Assembly (NCBI GenBank): GCA_950072105.1
Contig: CATMOE010000003.1
Coordinates: forward strand, 1 to 64,000
Length of the DNA: 64,000 nt
Origin: an uncultured Dehalococcoidia bacterium
GTDB taxonomy: Bacteria; Chloroflexota; Dehalococcoidia; Lucifugimonadales; UBA3495
Direction of reading: 5' to 3'
Shown here: positions 40,504 through 49,522 of the stretch, piece by piece
Numbering within the stretch: position 1 is the first letter of the stretch
Layout of the letters: every line of letters starts with the position of its first letter
Notes under the pieces: generated by a model
The model's database searches: none
The model's input: only the letters and a program-made list of their open reading frames with translations
Told to the model about the DNA's origin: nothing
Made by a program: the position numbers and the translations under genes

Positions 40504-40675
40504 CGGTTGCCTCCTGGTGATTATGGTCGAAATTCGAACTGAATAGAGGGGAATTAATCCAGGCGAAATTCAATCAGGATTATCCTTTGGTCCGGCAGGC
40601 AGTCAAGCGAGGAATCATTCGGCTGATCCTTGGATAGGACGTACTGCCCTCGATTGGCGATGAGGTTGCGTAGAC

Positions 40676-40710
40676 AAAAAAAGAACCGCCCAGATGCATC
40701 GGGGCGGTTC
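40676..40710 (-). terminator. Intrinsic terminator after the HesB-like gene
   Basis: GAACCGCCC/GGGCGGTTC stem followed by T7 on the minus strand. Confidence 0.75.
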
Positions 40711-40740
40711 TAAATCATAACTTAGTTCAATTTTGAGGAA

Positions 40741-41118
40741 CTAATGTCCGCCGCAACCGCCGCTACCGCAGCCACAACCACCGCCGCCACTGCCACAGCC
40801 ACAACTGCCACTACCACAACCACCGGCGCTGGCAAACATCGGGTTGTTGATTACGAACCCAACCTGTCCGCCGAAGTTCTCCACAAAATCTATGGTAGCT
40901 TCCTCAAGAAATGGAACGCTGTCAGCGTCCATCAACAGGTTGACTCCGTCCAGAGTCAGGACCGTATCGTCGGCCTGGGTCTCCTTTTCCATGGTCAACA
41001 TGTACTGGACACCACCGGATTCTGCAGGCATTGCGATAACTCGCAGGGAGCTATCGGTTTCCCCTTGTTCTTCCATGACTTCCTTGAGTTTCTCTATGGC
41101 TAATGTGGTGACTTCCAT
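40741..41118 (-). CDS. HesB/IscA-like Fe-S assembly protein with Gly/Cys-rich tail
   Basis: T..A...LK, LRV, D..S..FL..ATIDF, GF.I.NP, CGCG. Confidence 0.75.
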   Translation of the reverse strand: MEVTTLAIEKLKEVMEEQGETDSSLRVIAMPAESGGVQYMLTMEKETQADDTVLTLDGVNLLMDADSVPFLEEATIDFVENFGGQVGFVINNPMFASAGGCGSGSCGCGSGGGGCGCGSGGCGGH

Positions 41119-41337
41119 TTAATTTCACGCTCCTTGTTATTGAACCAAGTAGCGAATCACGCTGTAGGATTGGCTAAACAAGGCTATCACAAGGGTAGAT
41201 ATGAGTCAACGATTGTAACACCCGATTAACGTAGATTCGGCTGGTGTTCGATCTGAGATTCAGAGATTCGACGACCTGCCCCATTTGATCGCTGCCACTG
41301 ACTGGCGATTCAAGTTTCGGTCAGTGTCACTGTTGTG

Positions 41338-41367
41338 TTGACAGCCTGGAATCCCCCTCTCTAATCT
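41338..41367 (+). promoter_or_regulatory. Possible sigma70-like promoter for the capsid operon
   Basis: TTGACA-N18-TAATCT, about 135 nt upstream of the protease start. Confidence 0.3.
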
Positions 41368-41501
41368 CGATATCAACAAGTTAACCGGGTTGGCAGCCAG
41401 GCCAACGGGCCATATTTTTCGGAAGGGACAGACCCCGACGTGGATCTGTCCCTTTCTTCGTTGGTCTGGCGGCGCATCCCAAATCAGCGGGAGGTGAAAC
41501 A

Positions 41502-42314
41502 TTGACGGGGACAGGCTTGGGGCTGTGGGAACGAGAGAGGCTGCTGGAGGCGCTGGACGCTTACCAGAGAGGCCTGAGCGACGCCCCACTCTTACACAAA
41601 TGGACGGAAAGCCAGGCGGGCATCAGCGAGAACGAAGACGGCCTGGCGATGCCCTTCGTAATCTCCACCGACGAGGTTGATCGCCACGGCGACGTAATAA
41701 TGGCGTAAGGATGGCGCCTGGACGCCTATCGGAACAACCCGGTGTTTTTGTGGGCTCACGACTACGCCCGCCCGGTGATCGGCCGCGCTGTCGAGGTGTG
41801 GCAAGAGCCTCACAGACTTCTGGCCAAGATGAATTTTGCCCCCACCGAGTTCGCCCAGGAAGTCGCCATGCTGTACCGCACCGGATATCAAAAGGGTGTG
41901 TCGGTGGGATTCAAGCCCCTTCGTTATGAAGAACGGCGGGATGAGAAGACCGGAGCATTTCTGGGGATACGTTTCCTAGAGCAGGAACTGCTGGAGACCA
42001 GCGCGGTTCCCGTTCCGGCAAATCGAAACGCCTTACGACGTGCTCTGGACCAAGCTCCTGTGGTGGGTGAGTACTTGCGCCTGGTCGACGCCATTGGAAA
42101 TGCAGCCGAGGCCCCATCAAGCAACATAAATCGGGCCGCTGTTTGTGTGCATGAGGGGATCTGGCCGGAGTTGGCCGCCCGAGTGGACGACATTAGCAAA
42201 TTGATCGGAGAGTTAGCACAGATGCTGGAGGAAGCGGACCAGTTTGGCGAACCGGGGGAAGCCATGGGGCAACTGGACCAGGTGCTATCGCTGATTCGGC
42301 AAGCCCGCGCCTAG
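41502..42314 (+). pseudogene. HK97-family prohead protease interrupted by an in-frame TAA (41706-41708)
   Basis: ST..VDRHGD.I.A*GW.LD.Y..NPVFLWAHD...SVGF.P...ELLE.SAVPVPAN, all in one reading frame. Confidence 0.85.
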
Positions 42315-42393
42315 AAAACCAACGTGACGAAATACCGGGTTCGGTCCCGGGACCCGGCGCCAAGGCAAAAAACCAGCATTCTTGGAGGTTAAT

Positions 42394-43725
42394 ATGACCA
42401 TCGCGACTCAAGACCTAGACCTGATCAAACGGGAAGTGGCTTCGATACGGGAGTATTACCAGTCCCGAATGGACGCTGAAATTCCGCCTATAAAAGAGGA
42501 AGTGGAACGGGTTGGCGCCCAACTTGCCCGGGTACAAGATATGTGGCGTGAAGGGGAAAAGCGCGCCATCCTATCCAAGTTCGCCGGCGGTGACCGGGCA
42601 CGGGTGCCCTACGGCAAGTATACCGGGCTAGACCCCTTGGACATGGCCTGCGTCCGTAGCCTGCTCAAAGCCCAGCTAAGAGAACCCTCCGGCCTGAACT
42701 CTCGCATGTTGGAGGACTGGCAAAGCAACATAAAAGCGGCCATGGACTCCACCTCGGCGGGGAGCGGTGACGAACTGGTAGATACCCAGGAAGCACGGGC
42801 ACTGTGGGACGACGTCAATCTGGAAACCGCCGTGGCCCCGTTGTTAAACACCATTGAAATGCCCAGTAACCCGTTCCAGATTCCCCTCCAGTTGGGCGCG
42901 GTTAACTGGTTTCCCGGCACGGAGAATGTGGCCACCAAGAGCACGACCTTGGCCACCGCCCGCCAAACTCTGACCGCTTACGAGCTGGTAGCCGAGGTCC
43001 CCTGGTCCTACGACCTGGACGAAGATGCCGTCATCGCCATGATGGAGGAGCTGCGGCGAGGCCTGCTGCGGAACGCCCGGGAAGTCATTGACGACGTTCT
43101 TCTCAACGCCGATACCACCACGACCAACAACATCAACGCCGACGGAACCACCATCACGACCACCGACGCCGGCAAAGGCCATTGGTTGGTGGGCTTCGAC
43201 GGTCTGCTACATCTGCCTTTGGTCGACAACACCAGCCAGGTCAACGACCACAACGCCGCGGTCTCCGACGACATGTTCAACGAGGTCCGGGCCAAGCTAG
43301 GAAAGTATGGGGTCCGTCCTTCGGAGTTGGTGTATGTCTGCGACATTAACACCTTTATCCGGTCCCTCAGCGTGGACAATTTCCGAACCTTGGACAAATT
43401 CGGCCCGCAAGCCACTGTGCTGACCGGTCAACTGGGATCTGTGGAAGGTATTCCCGTCATCGTGTCGGAACAGATGGGCTTGGCTGACACCGACGGAAAA
43501 GTCACCGATGGAGGTAACGGCACCGACACCGGAAGGCTGCTTATCGTCAACCGCAGCCAATGGCGCGTCGGCTTCAAGAGGGAACTGGCTATCGAAACGG
43601 TTCGCGATGCCCAAAAGCGGCAGAACATCATGGTTGTCAGCTTCCGGATCGCCTTGCAAGAACGCAGCGGGACCAGATCCACCGCAACCCATACGGCTCT
43701 GCAGTACAACATCACCGGCGTCTAA
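42394..43725 (+). CDS. Phage major capsid protein (HK97-like fold)
   Basis: N-terminal coiled-coil delta-like domain, SGDELV, D..LLNAD, GFDGL, G.V.GIPVIVS; position directly after the protease. Confidence 0.8.
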   Translation: MTIATQDLDLIKREVASIREYYQSRMDAEIPPIKEEVERVGAQLARVQDMWREGEKRAILSKFAGGDRARVPYGKYTGLDPLDMACVRSLLKAQLREPSGLNSRMLEDWQSNIKAAMDSTSAGSGDELVDTQEARALWDDVNLETAVAPLLNTIEMPSNPFQIPLQLGAVNWFPGTENVATKSTTLATARQTLTAYELVAEVPWSYDLDEDAVIAMMEELRRGLLRNAREVIDDVLLNADTTTTNNINADGTTITTTDAGKGHWLVGFDGLLHLPLVDNTSQVNDHNAAVSDDMFNEVRAKLGKYGVRPSELVYVCDINTFIRSLSVDNFRTLDKFGPQATVLTGQLGSVEGIPVIVSEQMGLADTDGKVTDGGNGTDTGRLLIVNRSQWRVGFKRELAIETVRDAQKRQNIMVVSFRIALQERSGTRSTATHTALQYNITGV

Positions 43726-43787
43726 ATATCAGACTCTAGCTCAATCTAAATGAAACGCTCTGTTAAGAGCGGAACCAAGGAGGATTC

Positions 43788-44246
43788 ATGACAACCATCA
43801 GCCGGGCAGACCCCACCGCCGAAGCGGTCAAGAACATGCTTCCACCGGATCAGCCGGGAATCGCTTATGTAATGAAGCGGTACATCGTTGAAGACCTGGC
43901 GTCGGGTAGTGCCAACGCTTTCGCCGTCCAGAACCCTGAGGGCGTTGATTGCGTCGTCACCAACGTGATCGTTGATATCGCCACCGCCGGGGGCACCGCC
44001 AGCTCGGTTTTGGACGTGGACGTGGTGGCCGACGCCACGTCCACTGGGGACACGATCATCGACGGATTGGACCTGAACGCCGCCGGTGTCGCCGACCGTC
44101 ATGACAATGCCGGATCCAACGGCGGCGAACCCAAGAAGTGGGACAAGAATGGAGGAAGCAATGACTACGTTACCGGGAAGATTTTGGCGCAGAATGCCGC
44201 CAGTTTGGGCGGTAAGGTAATCATCGAGTACGTCCCCCTAAGTTAG
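43788..44246 (+). CDS. Putative capsid decoration/structural protein
   Basis: Beta-rich, directly downstream of the capsid gene, ends G.V.IEY. Confidence 0.55.
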   Translation: MTTISRADPTAEAVKNMLPPDQPGIAYVMKRYIVEDLASGSANAFAVQNPEGVDCVVTNVIVDIATAGGTASSVLDVDVVADATSTGDTIIDGLDLNAAGVADRHDNAGSNGGEPKKWDKNGGSNDYVTGKILAQNAASLGGKVIIEYVPLS

Positions 44247-44318
44247 GCCTGTATAGGCTCGATGTAGTTTGCGAGATTTCGTTCTTATTTTCGACACAGG
44301 AGGCCTGATAGATTCGCT

Positions 44319-44933
44319 ATGAGCTATACCGAAGGAGCACATAACTCACCGGCCGACACCAAGGACCGGCTGGTCCGCATCGGCTCCAAATACCAGGCCT
44401 CCGCGCCTACTGTCGCCGATGGAGACAATGCTTACCTACTACTAGACTCAGCGGGCCGCCTCTTGATATCCGGCGCGGCGGCCCATGATGCCACGGCCGC
44501 GGGCAACCCCCTTCGCGTCGGGGGCGTGTATCGCACTGCCATACCGGCGGTGGCCGCGGGAGACATCGTAGACCTATTGCTGGATGCTGCCGGCCGCCTA
44601 AGGTTGGCCTTCAGTACCGACACGTTCAAGATTATCGACGCCGTGGCGATCACCGCCGGCACGCCCGCCACCGTCTGGACTCCGGCAAGCGGAAAGAAGG
44701 TGCGCCTGCTGGGCTGGGCTTTTTCATCCACCGCATCCGCGGCGCTGGAGTTTCAAGACAGCGGAGCCGCGGGCACGGTGATAGCCCAATCACCTTTGCT
44801 GGCTGCCGCCGGTCTCCACAACGCGCCCCCGCTGGGCGAAGGGATCCTGCTGGCCGCGGCCGACAATACCCTGGAATTGGACGTAACGGGCAACAGCACC
44901 GTATCCGGTATGGTGTTCGGCGTCGAAGAATAA
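44319..44933 (+). CDS. Putative phage structural protein (internal L.LD.AGRL repeat; C-terminal TP.SGK.VRL domain)
   Basis: RBS AGGAGG; Ala/Gly/Thr-rich; in operon. Confidence 0.6.
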   Translation: MSYTEGAHNSPADTKDRLVRIGSKYQASAPTVADGDNAYLLLDSAGRLLISGAAAHDATAAGNPLRVGGVYRTAIPAVAAGDIVDLLLDAAGRLRLAFSTDTFKIIDAVAITAGTPATVWTPASGKKVRLLGWAFSSTASAALEFQDSGAAGTVIAQSPLLAAAGLHNAPPLGEGILLAAADNTLELDVTGNSTVSGMVFGVEE

Positions 44934-44999
44934 GGGCGATTGAATCACCCGTGAGAAAAACTGGAGGTTAAGCATGACATCTGAGGAGAAAAAATATCT

Positions 45000-45227
45000 A
45001 TGACACGCCAGGAACAAACGGCTGCCATCACCCCCAGCATAGCCAAACCCCAGATCGATCCCCCGGTAATAAAAGGCAGTAACCGGTCCACCAAGCAAGG
45101 CCGGGCCCGAGAAGGCAATTTATTGATAGCGACGGCGCTCCTCACCGGCTCGCCGGCGCCGGAAGAAACTCTTATCGACGTGGATGCCTATGGAGACGGT
45201 ATGGCGTTTCGATTCACCTGGAGGTAG
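45000..45227 (+). CDS. Hypothetical small protein in the capsid operon
   Basis: Fills the gap between operon genes; start uncertain. Confidence 0.35.
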   Translation: MTRQEQTAAITPSIAKPQIDPPVIKGSNRSTKQGRAREGNLLIATALLTGSPAPEETLIDVDAYGDGMAFRFTWR

Positions 45228-45229
45228 CA

Positions 45230-45502
45230 ATGGCAATCTCAGGCACCATCAAAGTAACATCGGCGGGCACCCGGGTCCAGGCGGCCCATAAAGGAAACGT
45301 TCGGGCCGTGGTTTTCAAAGCCCGGGCCGGCAACACCGGAGACGTGTACCTAGGCGGCAACGATGTTTCGTCCACCGACGGTATGACATTGAGTCCTAGT
45401 GAGTCCATTCAGGTAAGCCTTGCCAACCCGGAGTCTACCTCCCAATTCTGGGCCGACGCGGCCAGCAACAACGACCAGATCGATTTCGTCGGGAGCCCGT
45501 AA
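45230..45502 (+). CDS. Small beta-rich phage protein
   Basis: KA..GNTG.VYLGG..V....G..L.P.ES pattern; GGAGG RBS. Confidence 0.65.
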   Translation: MAISGTIKVTSAGTRVQAAHKGNVRAVVFKARAGNTGDVYLGGNDVSSTDGMTLSPSESIQVSLANPESTSQFWADAASNNDQIDFVGSP

Positions 45503-46548
45503 ATGGTTCAACCTCAAGAGACCCACCGCCCGCTTCTACGCATGGTTTTGGAGTCCTACGTCAGCGTTACCGGCGCCACTTACGCCGCTAAGGCCGGAGA
45601 TCGGCTGATCGGCGTCAACCGCGCCGGTACCGTCACCGTAACGTTACCACCGCCCAACTCCGCGCCGGCCGGACTTATACCGTTAAGGACGAGTCCGGCG
45701 CAGCCGCAACCAACAATATCACTGTGGCTACGGAAGGATCGGAGACGATCGATGGGTCGGCTACGGACGTCATATCGGACAATTACGGAGCCAAGCACTA
45801 CTACTCCGATGGCTCCAACTGGTTTGAAGTTCCCTTGCTCCCGGCGGCGGCCATCGCCCATTCCGCCACTACCGGTCAAGGTTCCGGTGACCATCATGCC
45901 CAAGCACATACTGCCGCCCACGCCAGCGGCGGCGCCGACGCCATCAAGATTGACGACCTTGCCGCCCCCGATGACAACACCGACTTAGATTTTTCCACCA
46001 GCGCCCACGGTCTAGTTCCGAAAGGAACCAATGCCGGTAACTTCTTGAAAGACGACGGAAGTTGGGCCGCTCCCGCCGGTGGAAGTGGAGCCATAACTAG
46101 AGAAGGCGGCAGCACTACCGAAGCAACCACGACAAGCACCAGCCTGGTGGATATAATTTCAGCCGCCAGCTTATCCATTGCTGCCGGGGCTCCCATCGAG
46201 GTTATATACGTCGCGCGGAAAACCAGCGGGGCCGCCAACGATGCCAACTCCGCGTTCACGATCAACGCCACTAACGTCGGGTCTGAAAAGGTATTTAGTA
46301 CGACTAACCAGGCGGAAGCTTTCGTGGAAAATTGGCTATTTGGCACAAGAGTCACTAACTACACAGGAGTTCCGCGCCACATTCGTCTCGCTTCCGGGCC
46401 AGCCGGTTCATACGATATAACGGCCCACGGAATGCTTACACTTCCCACGGTAACAGTTACTGACCTCAACACCAGGGGTAGCGTGGACGACGCGTTAATC
46501 ACCTTGGGCCACGATGAGTACCACATCTACTCGAGGGCAGTAAGCTAG
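45503..46548 (+). pseudogene. Fibre/spike-like phage protein split by a frameshift near 45646-45650
   Basis: TVTLP in one frame continues as TAQLRAGRTYTVKDESGAAATNNITVATEGSETIDG in the frame of ORF 45724..46548; HT..HASGG.D and FLK.DGSWA.P fibre-type motifs. Confidence 0.7.
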
Positions 46549-47190
46549 ATGCTATACATCTTTGCGGGATTCCCAAGAAACGGTCTTCACGCCGGCGGAA
46601 TCCAATTCGCCGTGGAAGAGGTAGAGCAGCTTGCCATCCTGGAACATGAGCCGCGGGCGCAGTACCGCAAAGCAGGCGTATTTTCCGTGACTGAATACGG
46701 TGAGGAATGGTTGATGCCGGTGGAATATCGGGTGAGCCGAATGTGCCTGAGAGACGGTATCACTTGGGACTGGTTTCCGGAAAACTGGACATTTGGCAAC
46801 GGCGTAACCATCAGCAAGACGATGGCCAGTCCGGAATACAAGACCGTGGTCCATGGAACAGACTTGATCTTGGACGAATTTCTCGCCATATCAGGATCTG
46901 CCAGGTTAGTGGACCTTGGATTAGAGCAAACGCATATCAAGCACGAAGGTTGGAAAGAATACGAGGCGCGCTGGGTTCCAGGAACCTGCCCCCAGGAGAG
47001 CCACGTGGTACACCTAACCTGTCTTGTTACCGTCCACCCCCTGCCTGAATTCGCCTACCAGCGCATCAGGGAGTTGATCGAGGAATCGGGGGAGCTAAGG
47101 GAGCCGGATTCCTATAGCTCTGAGGACGGCAAGCACTTTGCAACAAATCGATGCTGGGACGGCAAGCCGGTCTATACGAGGATGAGTTGA
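46549..47190 (+). CDS. Hypothetical protein
   Basis: 213-aa ORF abutting its neighbours. Confidence 0.55.
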   Translation: MLYIFAGFPRNGLHAGGIQFAVEEVEQLAILEHEPRAQYRKAGVFSVTEYGEEWLMPVEYRVSRMCLRDGITWDWFPENWTFGNGVTISKTMASPEYKTVVHGTDLILDEFLAISGSARLVDLGLEQTHIKHEGWKEYEARWVPGTCPQESHVVHLTCLVTVHPLPEFAYQRIRELIEESGELREPDSYSSEDGKHFATNRCWDGKPVYTRMS

Positions 47191-47519
47191 CAGTTTACAG
47201 ATGTCTCAGGATTGTAAACACAGGCCAGTGGCTTGATGTTCTATTTACCTCTTCCAGCGAGGATTTTGAAGTTCCTGATCTTTCCCACCGGACGGATATT
47301 GCGAATGCTCTCGGCCTTGATCCCGCTGAGCTTGAGGCCTTGGATACTAATGATGACCAAAGGAGTGGCCTCCTCTTAGGTATACCAATACTACCGGAGG
47401 CGCCACCGGACCCAGACCAGGTCAGGACACGAGAACTTCTCTCCATACCCCGGTCCAACTGGACGGCCGCTCAACGAGCCGAATTATTGGAACTCATCGC
47501 GTTGGAGAATTTGAGATGA
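47187..47519 (+). CDS. Hypothetical protein
   Basis: TTG start overlapping the upstream stop; ATGA overlap with the downstream gene. Confidence 0.5.
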   Translation: MTVYRCLRIVNTGQWLDVLFTSSSEDFEVPDLSHRTDIANALGLDPAELEALDTNDDQRSGLLLGIPILPEAPPDPDQVRTRELLSIPRSNWTAAQRAELLELIALENLR

Positions 47520-47701
47520 TCCCCATCAACAAAGGCATTTTAGCTCGCCGATGGGCTGCCGTCGCGGCTCTGGGAATCGTATCCGTGACCGCCGTCGAGC
47601 TGTATGCCCTCGCCCAAGGGATAAACGGCACGGCGCTTACAGCCTCCCTGGCGGCCATCGCCGGCCTGGGAGGAACGGGCATCGGACGGCTGCTCAAATG
47701 A
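47516..47701 (+). CDS. Small two-TM membrane protein (holin-like size and topology)
   Basis: 61 aa, two hydrophobic segments, basic termini, ATGA overlaps on both sides. Confidence 0.55.
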   Translation: MIPINKGILARRWAAVAALGIVSVTAVELYALAQGINGTALTASLAAIAGLGGTGIGRLLK

Positions 47702-48111
47702 CCAGCCAGCGAGTTTCATCACGGAGGACCCACAGCGTCAATGTTAGGCGCCGGGCGTACGTGGCGCAGGTTAACTCCCACGATTCCAATACGTCTAACA
47801 CCAGGGATACGTTAGTCACGCCGTCCAAGGGTAGACGGATCCGTCTATTGCGAGTGAGAGTGATCCAGGAACTAGCCGCCGGCTGTCATCTGTGGGAATT
47901 GTACTTCGGCACTGGGGCCGACATAACCATCAATCCGGACAACGCAATCGACATCTTAGACATTCCTGACTTAGGTGAAGCCAGCACTCGGACTTTCCTG
48001 AGGGAAGAAGGCCCCAGAGGTCTCCGGGATGAGGTTCTTAGCGGGCGGTGGCTGGGGACTCCTCCCACGACGGTGCACAAAGTAATCGTCGAATACTCCG
48101 ACGAATCCTGA
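47698..48111 (+). CDS. Hypothetical protein, paralogue A (Arg-rich N-terminus)
   Basis: Aligns with the next ORF: HLWEL.FG, IDIL.IPD.G...TRT....GPRG..DEVLSGRW. Confidence 0.75.
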   Translation: MTSQRVSSRRTHSVNVRRRAYVAQVNSHDSNTSNTRDTLVTPSKGRRIRLLRVRVIQELAAGCHLWELYFGTGADITINPDNAIDILDIPDLGEASTRTFLREEGPRGLRDEVLSGRWLGTPPTTVHKVIVEYSDES

Positions 48112-48114
48112 GCC

Positions 48115-48534
48115 ATGCCATTGTCCTTAGTTCGCCGGAGCGTCCGCCGGACCCATCGGGCCGCGATCCGCCGCCGGCCATATCAACTCCGGGTAAAGAT
48201 AGTGGATGGCAGCACCAGCATCAGCCGGCAACACCTGCTGGCGCCGGTAAGGGGCTACCATGTCCGGCTCATTCGAGTCAAGGTGCTTCAGACTTCCAGC
48301 GACGGCCGGCATTTGTGGGAATTGTTCTTCGGGGATGCCGGTAACATGATTACCGCTCCCAACCGGTCGATCGACGTTCTGGCCGTGCCTGACGCGGGCA
48401 GCGCAGTAACCCGCACGTATTCCAGGAGCCAGGGACCCCGAGGCAAAAAGGACGAAGTGCTCAGCGGAAGATGGCGAGGAGTGGCTCCAACGTCAACTAC
48501 TAAAATCATTATCGAATACACCGAAGAGGCGTAG
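48115..48534 (+). CDS. Hypothetical protein, paralogue B (Arg-rich N-terminus)
   Basis: Tandem paralogue of 47698..48111. Confidence 0.75.
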   Translation: MPLSLVRRSVRRTHRAAIRRRPYQLRVKIVDGSTSISRQHLLAPVRGYHVRLIRVKVLQTSSDGRHLWELFFGDAGNMITAPNRSIDVLAVPDAGSAVTRTYSRSQGPRGKKDEVLSGRWRGVAPTSTTKIIIEYTEEA

Positions 48535-48604
48535 CACCGCCTTGATTTCCGTAGTGGGAATTCAAATCCGTTCCCATTTTCAGGAAGGCTATAGGGAGTA
48601 AAAC

Positions 48605-49426
48605 ATGGCGCGTGAAGCATATAGGTCCCTGTATGGTGACCTAACCAAGCTCAAAGACGATAGTCTACTGAAGGACCCAGCTGCCGGTGCCGGTGACGAC
48701 AACGAGATGTTCCAGTTGCTTCTGGCCGTATCGGACTGGGTGGATCATTTCTGTAACCGTTATTTCTATTCCAAGACGCAGACAATGGAGTTCGACGGCA
48801 CCGGCTCCACCAGGCTGCTGATTCCCGATCTGGTGTCGCTGACTTCTCTAAAAGAGGATTCCACCGACGACCAATCGTTCAACGAAACATGGGCGGCCGG
48901 CGATTATCGGCTTGAACCCTATAACGGCGAACCGGAACAGCACTGGGGTGAGCCTCATACCTCTATCCGAGTCCGGCAGCATGGCGCCAAGACCACATTC
49001 AGCAGTGGGGAGCAGCGATTCCAGATCGCCGGTGTCTGGGGCTATCGTCAATATAAAGAGGACAGTGGCACAGACCTCAACGACGCTGCAATGGCGGCCA
49101 CAAAAATCACTGTCCCGGTTGACGACGGGACTCAGTTCGCTATTGGACAGACCATTATGATAGGCAGCGAGCAGATGCTCATTACGGATATATCCACCAA
49201 CGATCTAACGGTGACCAGGGGGTTGAACGGCACCACCGGCGTCGCTCACGCCGACAACTCGGACGTTTTCACCCTCCGTTGGCCCGCATCTATCGAGCGT
49301 GCGGTTCTCATACAGGCCTCGCGAATTTGGACTAGGGCCGCCGATTTCGAGCCATTTTTCGTGGATGCCGACGTAGACACTGATGTTCGCATTCTGGGCG
49401 AACCCTATAAACGGCTTCCTATTTAG
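48605..49426 (+). CDS. Phage gp6-like head-tail connector/head completion protein with inserted beta domain
   Basis: Y..L..LK, D.....LL.A.S..VD..C.R.F, FDG.G, G.WGY, P..I..A....A, D.DV..L..PYKR. Confidence 0.7.
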   Translation: MAREAYRSLYGDLTKLKDDSLLKDPAAGAGDDNEMFQLLLAVSDWVDHFCNRYFYSKTQTMEFDGTGSTRLLIPDLVSLTSLKEDSTDDQSFNETWAAGDYRLEPYNGEPEQHWGEPHTSIRVRQHGAKTTFSSGEQRFQIAGVWGYRQYKEDSGTDLNDAAMAATKITVPVDDGTQFAIGQTIMIGSEQMLITDISTNDLTVTRGLNGTTGVAHADNSDVFTLRWPASIERAVLIQASRIWTRAADFEPFFVDADVDTDVRILGEPYKRLPI

Positions 49427-49522
49427 CCGGTTAACGGATATCTCCCCGTCCACCTGATTCTGGGTCCGCCGTCGACCGATTGCCCCATCGCGTTTCAAAG
49501 CCGCTCGGTTCATGGGCAATCG

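Noticed and set aside
15183..49426. A single intact prophage of about 34 kb spanning both phage modules
   Set aside because: The intervening genes are typical host metabolic genes, the modules are on opposite strands, and no integrase, att repeats, replication or tail genes were seen.
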